From: Marsupella aquatica
Lineage: Eukaryota > Plantae > Marchantiophyta
Direction of reading: 5' to 3'
Length of the DNA: 64,000 nucleotides
Assembly (NCBI GenBank): GCA_973895155.1
Contig: OZ316893.1
Location: 24,355,520 to 24,419,519, forward strand
Below, piece by piece: positions 53,401 to 64,000 of the stretch. The stretch's first letter is position 1; every line of letters starts with the position of its first letter. The notes under the pieces are model-generated. The model saw only the letters and a list, made by a program, of their open reading frames with translations. It did not search any database and was not told where the DNA came from. The position numbers were made by a program, and so were the translations under genes.

Positions 53401-54840
53401 GCGCAAAATACTCATCCATTACGATTCTTCTGTTGTCTGAGGATAGAGCATCTCGGAGAGCACTTTTCACTCTGGTTAGCAAACTAGTGTCACTTAGTTC
53501 TCCATACGAGATTGATCGAAAGGAGATATATCTACACAATGGACTGCTACAGTCCGAAGAAAGTGAGGAGAAGCTGGAGGAGTCCAATTCACTCAGCATT
53601 GTATTCGTGTAAGTAAGCAAGGAAAACTGTATCGAGAGTAGTACAAATCTTCAAGGATTCTGTTCTGTAGAGGTTCTACTAGGTTTTACTGTCTATTTCT
53701 TTGTTTCGTTTAAGGACTGCTTGCGATTTTTATATTTAAATGTTATGTTTAATGTATGTAAATGCCCCTTTCCCAGTAAAAGGGTTCACCAAGAATATAA
53801 TACTCATAAATGACACTTCTACAGTACCGGTACATAGCCTTTTAAACGACGGAAGAAGCAAGGTCATCAACTTGCGAAATGGGGGGCAAAGTCTAGCTAA
53901 AATCCCGCTGCCTGATCGAAGCAGATAATTGCAATCATTCAACTGACGTGCCTGGTGAAACAACACATGATAAAATATTCAGTTCGCCTGATGAAATAAC
54001 ACATTGGCCCTGTCCTTTCCAACATACACAAGTCTTGGACAGAGATCCTCCAGAAGCTTTCGATGGCAAGGTCTACCAGCAGTTTATGGGAATTCCTCGG
54101 CAGGCAGTAAGGTCTGCCAATGGTCGCTTGGAACAACCTTTTTCTGTACGAAAGTCTTAATTTAAAGGTAGCCTTTTTCTGTGAAGAAATAAAATAGAGA
54201 AGACAATGAGATTGTGTGATTTCAGCTCTGGGATGATTGAATTGATACTGAATGAATTCCGTTACAATGAATCTATCTAAATAGAAAAATTGTCTTAGGC
54301 AGAAGGAAGACTACAAGTGTGACGTTTGCGATCACACTGATCCGAGATAATTGGAAAGTGTGGGTCCATATCAGTAGATATGACCAGACATCCGAAGTAA
54401 ATCTAATGATGAGAAAGAGTCTAAACTATGGAAAGAAATGGACTCACTAGATAGGATTGTCAATCCATGGACAGGTCACATGGATCTACTAAGTTACGCA
54501 CTATCTAATTACTAACTAACACACTACTCCTGAAACATTGTGGAACTGTACTACAACTATGAACTAACATAGTCTAAGACTCCCACGCAGTTTAACAATG
54601 TTATCTTTCTTTCGCTAAACCCAGGAAGAAAGTGTGTTTCTGGCGAGGTCCCTTCTGAAGACCCTTAAGTCATAATATCTGCAGTCATTACTGCAGTAGG
54701 AACATAAACAATCCTAAGTTCTTTGCATCCATGCAATTTCAACGTCTTTCTTCGAGGCATCCGGATGTCACAGATACAATTCTGATCCACTCTATCCAAT
54801 ATTGAGAAGGGTCCAACACTGGCCGAAGCAGTCCTGACAG
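50444..54840 (+). pseudogene. Inverted, intron-retaining, partially deleted pseudogene copy of SHOC1
   Basis: Colinear matches to the reverse complement of SHOC1: exon 1 (agctcctctccaaag...gcatccctcagccggta), intron-1 blocks, 'QSRFNDVHELRRIDEAC' (52213+), 'IMNSRTELEEAYDHVERGMVDDHLKLSYL' (53270+), and 'gtcacagatacaattctgatccactc...gggtccaacactggc' (54767-54840). Numerous stops, frameshifts and deletions. Confidence 0.9.
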
Positions 54841-56716
54841 TTTATTAATCCGCTACCTATTTTACAGCTCTCTTTTCCTTGTAGAATTCCTGACAAAACC
54901 TACCTCTGCAACAAAGACTTTTAGTAAAGTTGTTGGTGATAGGCACCCAAAAGCATTAATGTCCTCTAAACTGAGTGACATAATTTTTCTCTTAGGGTGC
55001 TTCACAAGAAGTAGAGCCTTCTTACTTTTTTTCACCACAGCAAATTCCAGTGTCACTTGTGCCACTTCTTGTTCTAAAGATAGACTCCAGATCAAAACTA
55101 TTTTGAACTGAAGTTTAATAAGTACAAATCTCTAAAAGAAGGCGTTCTCTTTACTTGGTATGAAAGATTGTTTGGGCTCTTGCTTTATTGTTCTCTTAGT
55201 TCTTTATTGGATAAAACGTTTGGGCTCCTATTCAAGGTTCTCTTTGCTCCTTATGAGATAGAATGTATCCACTCAAAAGACACTCAGTAAATGTCAATGC
55301 ATGATAACATTGATACTATTTGATGTGAACGTAAGTGTTGTCAAACAAAGTGGGCCCAGCAGCTGGATTCGACGCGTATGTAAGTTGGGGTAAGAGTGAC
55401 CAGTAGAGAACAAAATTCGCAAACAATGGCACTTTTAGATGCATTTCATGACTAGGGAAAATGTCACCATAATTGAAGGGTGAGAGGGCTTACCACAATA
55501 TTTTGCATGAGAACATGGGAAATAAAGAACACAACTACATAGTACAATATCTAGATTACAGTGTTTCGTGTCAGAGCATAAGAAAGAAAGAACACAACTA
55601 CATGATACAGTATCTAGATTACATTGTTTGGGCCACCCATGAGTGTGGAGAATGTGCCAACTGCTGAAGAAGCCACAAGAAGCAACCACTCTTGAGTTTA
55701 CCGATAGGTGTATTGGAGAGACAATATGTGATGATTCCATGTTTCGACAGAGAGGGATTGTTAATAGGCAATGTGTGATGATGTATTTCACCGCAACTGT
55801 TACTATAGGCGTGCCATGTGTAATTTTGCGGAATATTTATCCTTTCCTTTGAAATCAATAAAATGGTTTCTCGTGTCTCTCCACAACTAAAGTAACTTGT
55901 GCGATGCCTTTATCGCCCAGGTTCCTAGAATCTTATCTTGAATCACCAATAGTGATAACATCGTTCGCTTCGTCTGTTTCTTTGCGTGCTTTTTTTGTGT
56001 GTTTTTGAGTCTGGTCTGACTTTCCTGTGAAAATCAAACAGAATTGCAAAAATTGTTCGTGCTCACGGTTTGTTCCCACATCTACTAAATGTAGTGAACG
56101 AAATTCTGCAATGCTTTGATCACCACCGAAAGATATGAACGAAGAGAGGGAAACCTAGCTCTCCACATACGCGCCAAATGAAATTTACAACACACAACCG
56201 GATCTCTCCAATTTGATCGAATACATGGAACAGGAGGCGGCAACTGTGTTCATAATGAACTGAGATTTTGAGCCCTACTAATAATAAACAACCAGTGCTT
56301 CTCAACCGCCATTTGGTACCTGATGCTCATTTGGTTCGAAGGATTCAGCCACACAGAGGACAACAATGTAAACTCATCGCTTCACGAACGTAATCGTCCG
56401 TAACAATTGAAAGAATTTTACAAAGAGTGAAGTATTCCCTATCAGATCGAACCGGCCAATCATGAATATTATCGTATGAATATTCAAAAGTTTGTATCTA
56501 AGATTTCCCAACGAAATCCTAAGTACCTAGGCTCTCGACCTTTATGTTTCTACACATACTTTCAAAATGCAAACTAAACTCTGAGTTGTATCCTACGGAA
56601 CTGAATTCAAATCACAATTCAATTGAGAATAGCTTGAGGAAACAGACGCACGGGTTATACGGAAAGCTGGTCTTGCAACACAATCATGTTGCTCAAGTAC
56701 CTAGCTGTCGGGTATA

Positions 56717-59145
56717 CTATGCGCGTGGAAGAATGCACTCCTGGTGCAAAGATTCCATGTCCATCGACTTCCGGACCTTGGCTTTTAGCTTGCCAATGTT
56801 TCGGTATGCGACATTGACAGAATCGTCTTCGAAAACATCGGTTAAGCACGCGGCTGGGGTCTCCTCTTCGGGAGCTGGCAAGCACATCCGTTTCACCTCT
56901 TCAAAGCGATCCTCAGAAAGAGAAACCTCTGCCAGTAATTTCCACGCGTAAGCCTCCGTGGCCATTTCGTAATCTTCTCTTCGGAAGAGAATGATATGTC
57001 CGCTGATCTCCCAGACCGCAGGGTTAACCCTAATGTCGAGAATGACTTGGTCCACTTCTCCTTTTGCTTGCCGTTCAGCAAAGCACTGCAGACAGAGATA
57101 AACACAATGAGACGACTTTCTCGACAACCTCCAAGCAAATTGGGATCCCTATGACCAACTTCATCATTAATTCAGCTGAACACTGAGCAGAACAAATAGA
57201 GTTGGAGCAACAATCAATTGAACATCGACTAAGTCGAAGATTTGCTGGGAATCGGATGTGTACTGACCTGAGGAATGACGAAGATTTTGGCACCGCGGTC
57301 GGCTATAAGCATGTTATATGGGATATTAGCGTCTTGAAGAATCATACATGCTCGAGCTGCTTCATCTGCGAGATCCTCGAGGCTGGATCCGATTTCAAAC
57401 ACCAAGGCTCTTACTGGGTAATTGGCCACTTGGGACACCTTCACACCTCCTTCACCACGGGCGTAGCATATAAAGGTCGTTGGAGCTCGCTCCAAGGGAA
57501 AAGTTGCTTCTAAGTAATACGCCTGCAACCATGGCGAAGACGACAACCCTTAAAAACTGATAATTCCATGTGAAGACCCCGCTGAGAAATGCAGAGTGAA
57601 CACAAGAAATGTAGTCCGACGAGTGGGACCGTATGTAAGAACTACAACCGAAATAAATTTCCGAGCTTCAGAGCATAACAACAAAAATCCAAGCAAATCA
57701 TTACCTGAAAATGCAACTGGTTGATTGTGGCGAATGCCCCAAGGCTGTTGTATCCGACCCGGAAGTTCACGTTATTCACTTCAGCAGCCGTGTGTAGTGC
57801 TAGCAGGAGGGTGTCGGAATCAATTCGTTGTGGAATGCAGTCCATAACTCGAGGTACGAGTAGGATGTGTCCATATTCGATGGGACTGACCTGCAGGAGT
57901 TCAAAGCATAAGAAGTCAGATAACCCAAACAATTTAGTTATCGGCACGCGCCTTCCTTAGTTGCACCACGTCAACATCCTACGCCACATTCAAACAACCG
58001 AAAAACACAGAAATCCCTATTTTCCAAAGAGCTGCCATGTGCCGATAACATACATTGATCACAATGACGTTCGGACTGCTGCCTTCAATGGGGGCATTGT
58101 CGTAATACTCGGAGACGCCGTCCGCGCTCTCTTCAAAACGGAAGAGGACTTCCTCTTGCCCCACTTTAGTGAAATTGAACTTCTTCGGATCGAAGGGCTG
58201 AAGAACTTTGTCCACGCGAAACTCTGTCGGGCGCTTCTTCGAATGGCGACCCTCGTTCAGCTGTGCAACGAACCCGTATTCTCCGGCCAGGATCTGCGAG
58301 TTAAAAGAGCAATCAGTAAGCACTTGCAACAGGTGACCCGACTTTAATTCCGCAAACACATCTGAAGCAATGTAGACTGGACGGCAGAGCAACTGAACTT
58401 CGAGACATAGAAAGAAGGTCGAAGATTTAAAAGCCAGTAGGATGGACTCACTTCGGTCTCGCAGGCCGTAACGTCGTAACGGAAGAGCCCTCGTTCGGCA
58501 CAATCCTCCCACTGTAACACGGATACCAAACTCAGGAACCCTAATAGAAAAGGTTTCCGCGCGACATGATACGGTACTGCATTGCTGTCAAACGTCAGTC
58601 TATAACGAGCTGAAACAATTTCATTTCATACAAGTCTAGATCCACGTTAGGACAGAAATAAAAACAGAATTATTACCTTTGACAAAATCAAGGAATCAAG
58701 AAGGGAGGTTTCTGCTGCAGATGAACCTCCGGGCTTGCCTGACAAGCGCTGTGCATCGTCAACACTTCTCTTCGGCAAGGTGCTGCGCCGACCGAATGTG
58801 TACAGAGGAAACTTAGCACCTGAACCACAAAACCAGACACCAATGTTAAAGACAAGCCTCCAGAATAACACACGGCAACACTCTAACAGACAAAGGAAAA
58901 CGAAATCATAGTGGACAAGAGCAGTTGGCCAATTGCAGCGAAATGCAATTAAGACATTCTACGACGCAGGAGAAACGGCATCTTCCAGCAAAGTTAAAAT
59001 CTGATCGAAATACGAAAAATGAAAAGCAGCTGAAAGGCACAGTAAAGAGCTTACCGGGTAAGCAACAGGTCCCCAGGCAATTCCGCCCGCAGTTCTGTTC
59101 TTGATTCATAGAGACCAGAGTAGGCACTCTTTTCAAGGTCAACAT
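56717..59145 (-). CDS. VTC2: GDP-L-galactose phosphorylase (VTC2/VTC5-like GGP, ascorbate biosynthesis), 7 exons: 59145-59055, 58819-58677, 58511-58452, 58293-58054, 57890-57705, 57522-57268, 57085-56717; ~447 aa
   Basis: 'MLTLKRVPTLVS...CGRNCLGTCC', 'WEDCAERGLFRYDVTACET', 'AQLNEGRHSKKRPTEF', 'NVSPIEYGH', 'GYNSLGAFATINQLHFQAYY' and 'VNPAVWEISGH'. All GT-AG joins are in frame. Confidence 0.95.
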
Positions 59146-59188
59146 GATTAATGATAGTTCTCTTTGGAATGAATGAATCTTTGTATCT

Positions 59189-59455
59189 CTACTCACTAAA
59201 ATCCCTAGCCAACGAAAAGCAGCTGAGGAGATATTCTTCTCTCACGTTCCTTGTAAAAGGAACGTGGAAGAAGCAGGGCAAGGAGGACAGACGACCTCCA
59301 CCTGCCAAGTTGATGAGATCCGAGGGACGCCCGCCCTCTGACGGGGTGGCCCCCCGACCCCCGTGCAGTGACGGAGCGCTCAACAATGACTGAGAACTAC
59401 GCGTTCCGAGAACAGGAACTGCGTGACGGACGCGGGGTGAACTGATCAAAGCCGT
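59189..59455 (-). promoter_or_regulatory. Conserved non-AUG (ACG-initiated) peptide uORF of GGP
   Basis: ATC-ACG-GCT start context at 59455. The peptide contains 'HGGRGATPSEGGRPSDLINLAGGG', the conserved GGP uORF core. Stop lies 43 nt before the main ATG; 88 codons if unspliced. Confidence 0.88.
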
Positions 59456-60949
59456 GATGCCCCAATTTGACTCCCAAGGTTTCTTCCGTCCCTCCCTCGG
59501 CACCGACCTTGTTCCCTTTCCTTGGCCAGGGCTGTCAATTAAATCTTCTGAGAGAGAGTGAGTACCTCTTCTCGAGGTACTTAATTGTGTCGAAAACTAA
59601 AGAAGGTTAATCCTTCACCGACGTTCAAACCACGGGAGACAACGAATCCTCGAAAGCTTCCAAGCCTATCGTAGACGCCGGAGATAACAAAGAAGAAAGC
59701 CCTCGAGAGAATGTTGTTCACTGCATCACATCCGCTTCATATATTCGACAGGGCGAACAATCCTTAACGCTTAAAATGGCAAACTGTCGACGGAGAGACA
59801 AATCAGTTCGTCGAAAACAGCGCGGAAGAGTTCCACTTCAAAAACCAAACAAAATTGGATCCGGACAATGTGTGCTTTCGACAGAGCAGAAGGTATCCAC
59901 GATATGGCGAAGTGCACGTTCGGAGTGGAGATAAATCACTTCGTCCAGCACAGCACTACAGCCGTCCTCGAAAAATCACCAAAATTTGAATCCGAAAAAT
60001 GTGTCCTCACGACAACCGCGCAGGTATTGGCAAAGGAGCACCAGCGACGAGGAACGCCGGCAACCAACCTAATCGCAACTACCACAACACGGAGTCGGAT
60101 AACAGGGGACTTAAAAATTAAAGCGCGCCAGGAATATCAGCACAGAAACCGTTCGAAGACTCCACGATGGGAAAAAGCGCGCAGCACCACACGAAGCTCA
60201 ACACCACCACCGCAAAGCGAAAATCTGAAAGTCGAAGGAGACGAAGATAGAAGAAGATGAACGTGGAAGTGGACTAATAATCCGATGCTCAGCACACAGC
60301 GGCCAAATGTGTTAACAACAAGTGTGGTGCACAATGCGCAGGCCAGATGATTGGATGGTCGTGTAGCAGAAAGATCCGGCGTCTGCTCCTCCTCAAGTAG
60401 TGCGTAAGTTTGACGGCCAGGAGCGTGTATAGTCACGAACGGACCACGTAGATAGATAGCCCGCACGTCGTCTACAGGGAGTGGCACCTCCGCGGTGTAT
60501 CAGTAGTGCAGCAGTGGAGCGAAACACCAGTGCCCACGGGTAGATTTGAAGGCCCAGCAGAATAGCGGCGGAGAAGAGCGGGACGAACCAAACGCCGGCA
60601 CCGAGGGTGCGGACAGATTTGTTTAGGAATGACGAAAAGCTGCAATGGATGGATCGCTCGTTGTGCACCACCCGAAAGCGGAGCAGGCAGACAGAGGGGA
60701 GGAAAGAAAGAGCTCGGTCGACGCACGGAGAAGGAGCGCCCGAACGTGCTCGCGAAGGCACACGACAAATGAACGAATGGCGTCGACGAGCACGGAGCAG
60801 GAAGTGGGATTTGGAATCCGAAGGGAGCGAGTGGCGAATGGCGGATCCTCACGGGACTTGCGACGAAGGGGTTGGCACCACGGTAGGGCCCAACGAACTC
60901 ACGGGAAGTCTGGAATGTATGGGGCCCTTGACGGGAGTACTGTCCTGTA

Positions 60950-61722
60950 TTGGACGGGAACAACGGGCTGGAATGCGCTGATTGGCGGAATGGAATTGGG
61001 TGCTGACGGGCGACTGAGGGCGCAACGAACTGACTGGACGTCTGGAACCAGGAGCAAGAGTATGGGTGTAATAGGGCATGTCAAAGCATGGCCGTAACTG
61101 ATTTATAGCCCTGTATTCTACAGAAACAATGGGCTGGAATGCGCTGATTGGCAGAATGGAATTGGGTGCTGATGGGCGACTGAGGGTGCAACAAACTGAC
61201 TGGACGTATGGAACCAGGAGCAAGGGAATGGGTGTAATAATAGGGAGTGTCAAAGCATGGTCATAACTGAGTTACTTTATTCGAGGGAAACACCGGCCTG
61301 GACTGCGCTGATTGGCTGTATGGAATTAGGTGCTGGCCTGCGACTGAGGGTGCAACAAACTGACTTGACGTATGGAACCCGGACAAGGGTATGGGTGTAA
61401 TAGGGCGTGTCAAAGCATGGCCATAACTGAGTTACAGCCCTGTATTCAAGGGAAACAACGGGCTGGAATGCGCTGACTGGTGGTATGGAGTTGGGTGCTG
61501 ATGTGCAACTGAGGGCGCAACAAACTGACTGGAAGTATGGAACACGGACAAGGGTATGGGTGTAACAGGGCATGTCAAAGCATGGCCATAACTGTGTTAC
61601 AGCCCTGTATACAAGGGAAACAATGGGCTGGAATGCGCTGACTGGTGGTACGGAATTGGGTGCTGACGTGCGGGGTGCAACAAACTGACTGGATGTTTGA
61701 AACCCAGACAAGGGTATGGGTT
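60950..61722. repeat. ~165-bp tandem array, ~4.6 diverged copies, upstream of GGP
   Basis: Anchor 'ggctggaatgcgctga' (one variant) occurs at 60966, 61132, 61296, 61461 and 61626. Confidence 0.92.
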
Positions 61723-61949
61723 CTATACATGCTTTGACATATGCGTGTATGATTTTCCCTCACACTGCGTGATAAACTCTAGGGGCAGCCTTTGCCCCTG
61801 TATAGTGACAGTAGAGTGCATTCTCATTGGTTCTAAAGTCCAAACTCATACATTTAAAATATCATGTACACCTTGACATACGGTATATTTGGGCCGGGGG
61901 GGTCACAGGGAGTGATGGCCCATGGAACCTAGCCCTAATCCATTGGTAA

Positions 61950-62300
61950 AATGACTTGCAATGAAGGAAAGTGAGGTGCAATGAACTGATTGCACAGTTT
62001 CAATGTAAAGCCAGCCATAAACTGACTTGTGCTGAATGGGGCCAGCAGCAGCTGAGGTTGTAACAACTGTTTACTTGGTGTCAGTGTAAACGTCAGTTTA
62101 CTGACAGGACATATGGAGCCTTTACAAGGCCTTGGGAGTAACGCACACGTAAAGTGACTTGCAATGAAGGAAACTGAAGGCGCGACGAACTTATTACAAG
62201 GTATCAGTGTAAAGCCAGCGGTTAACTGACTTTTGCCGAAGGGGGCAAGTGGTAACTGAGGTTGCAACGAACTGATTACACAGTGTAAAAGCAGCTGAGG
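61950..62300. repeat. ~203-bp diverged tandem duplication
   Basis: 'tgacttgcaatgaaggaaa...tgtaaagccagc...aactgactt...ctgaggttg' at ~61952 and ~62155. Confidence 0.75.
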
Positions 62301-64000
62301 AGGCGCGGGACAGGAGCTGATCTCGCCTGGACAGGGGCACAAGGGAGGGGGCGAGCATCTGCACAAGGATCGCGCCAATATTCTCAGGGATTTCCAATCT
62401 TGGCCATCCATTGGCTCCTCTCTTTAGCTGACTGAGTGTGTACCGCCCGATTGACAGACGCCACTGCGCTCCGCTATGAGGGACGAGGGACGACTACCGT
62501 TGAACTGAGCTAAAAACAGGATAACGCGTACATTGAGCCCAGGTCTCCGTGGAACAAGCAATGCAATCGGATCGAATCCAGGATAATAAATTATACTTTT
62601 GTGTGATGATGGATTCGCGACGATTGCACGGTAGAACTGATTATGTAGTGTGTTGTTTTAAGGATTTCACTTTTTTTGAACGTAAAATGTGTGAAGGAGA
62701 AGATGCTCAAAAGATTCACTATTCAATTATTTTCATGACGTCAGATTTCCCTAGATTTAAGGCTGACCATTAGATTCTTGCTATTGGGGCCCTGGGATTA
62801 GGTGGAACACTGGGTAATGAGAACAACAACAAAAAAACTACCCAAACGTGACGAAATTTTTTGGGGCAGGGGAATTTTGGCCACTAAAAAAACACTGGGA
62901 ACTATCCTTTTCTGGTAGTATTCATGGCTCCTGCCTTTCTGATCTCAAAATCAACTCCCCTTTGAGATTTATTTAGGGTAGTCGTCCATGTAAGCAGCCT
63001 CCTGCGTTGAGGCTCTCACTAATTTGCTGCGCTAGGTGTCACTGTGCCCAGTTTTCGTGGTGCTGCTTCATTTTGTTTTATCTAGATTTCAGAGGTCAAG
63101 AAGTCAAGGGCCAACAAGTACGGGCCAAAAAGTTCTCCTTGCCCTTGGGTTCTCCTCGTGAAATTAATGGTGTGAGGCCTGCCTGAAAAGCCCGAAAAGG
63201 GGGTAGAGACATTAAAGTTTCAATCAATTATCTGATGTCATTCATTCAGTTGCGAGCTACAGGTAGTGTACATAAGTAAGGGCTGCTCACATGTAAGATG
63301 GCCTTTCAACAGCATGATGTCCTCCTTAGAAGGGTCTTTCAAAAAACGGCATTCAAGTTGAGTGTGAGGATGTGAATGCATCACCCCCTCATGCATCAGG
63401 CCTGAGGGTGCAGAGTGTGGGGTCCAAGGGCTAGAAAGTTTCCTGCCCCTGCAAGTCCCAACCTCAACCTCCCCAATAAAACAAAAGCTATGGACACATG
63501 TAGTGAAAAGAAATTGCAGGGAGAAGATAGTGTTTGGACAAAAAGATACTCTTTCCTGGAACAAGAACAAGAGGGATTGATGAGGGCAAAAAACATAAGT
63601 CCTCTCACATGCCAACTGGGCCTTAGCATTGTGACATATAGTGTTCCAAAAAACAAGTGGTACGTTTTGAGGGGCTTTATTCTTACATTCTCATAACTAC
63701 TGTAAGACTTTAACATACTTAAAAACTTGAATGATTTTTAAGGAATAGACAAGGAAAAGTACATTTTATGAAGGGCCATGCAACAATTGTTGGCATGCAA
63801 TTCGTTTAAAACCTAGAAGAAGTTAAAAAATGGATTATATTCAGCCGTGCAATATATTAGATTCCAAACACTATCTCCATTACCTAGGCAATCTTTTATT
63901 TTGTTTTATATGGTAAATCTTGTTCTCTTTTACAGATTCCTAGGTTTGTCCCATAATCCCCTCCTCAGACGGGAGGTAGTATGAATAGGATAATGTCATG

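Noticed and set aside
55260-56085. Possible second solo LTR or TE between pseudo-SHOC1 and GGP
   Set aside because: No matching TG...CA termini with a TSD and no second copy could be found in the window.
59868-61763. Several 110-160 aa ORFs upstream of GGP
   Set aside because: Explained by the GC-rich leader and the 165-bp array; frames break between units.

Overview
Eukaryotic, intron-containing nuclear DNA from a land plant, probably a non-seed plant (inferred from the divergent protein sequences; species not identified). Five spliced protein-coding genes all lie on the minus strand: SHOC1 (meiotic ZMM, XPF-like), an AAMP/SQT1-like WD40 gene, PsbS, ALWAYS EARLY (LIN9-like, DIRP domain) and GDP-L-galactose phosphorylase (VTC2/GGP). 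The GGP leader carries the conserved ACG-initiated uORF. The window also holds a decayed, 5'-truncated Ty1/copia element, a solo LTR of the same family 30 kb away with an intact 5-bp TSD, an inverted intron-retaining pseudogene copy of SHOC1, a ~165-bp tandem array and many short local duplications. I found no clearly new biological system. The strongest leads are the non-canonical HIT motif (QLHFQ instead of HLHFQ) in an otherwise intact, uORF-bearing GGP, and the inverted SHOC1 pseudo-copy. All alignments and exon boundaries were read by eye.
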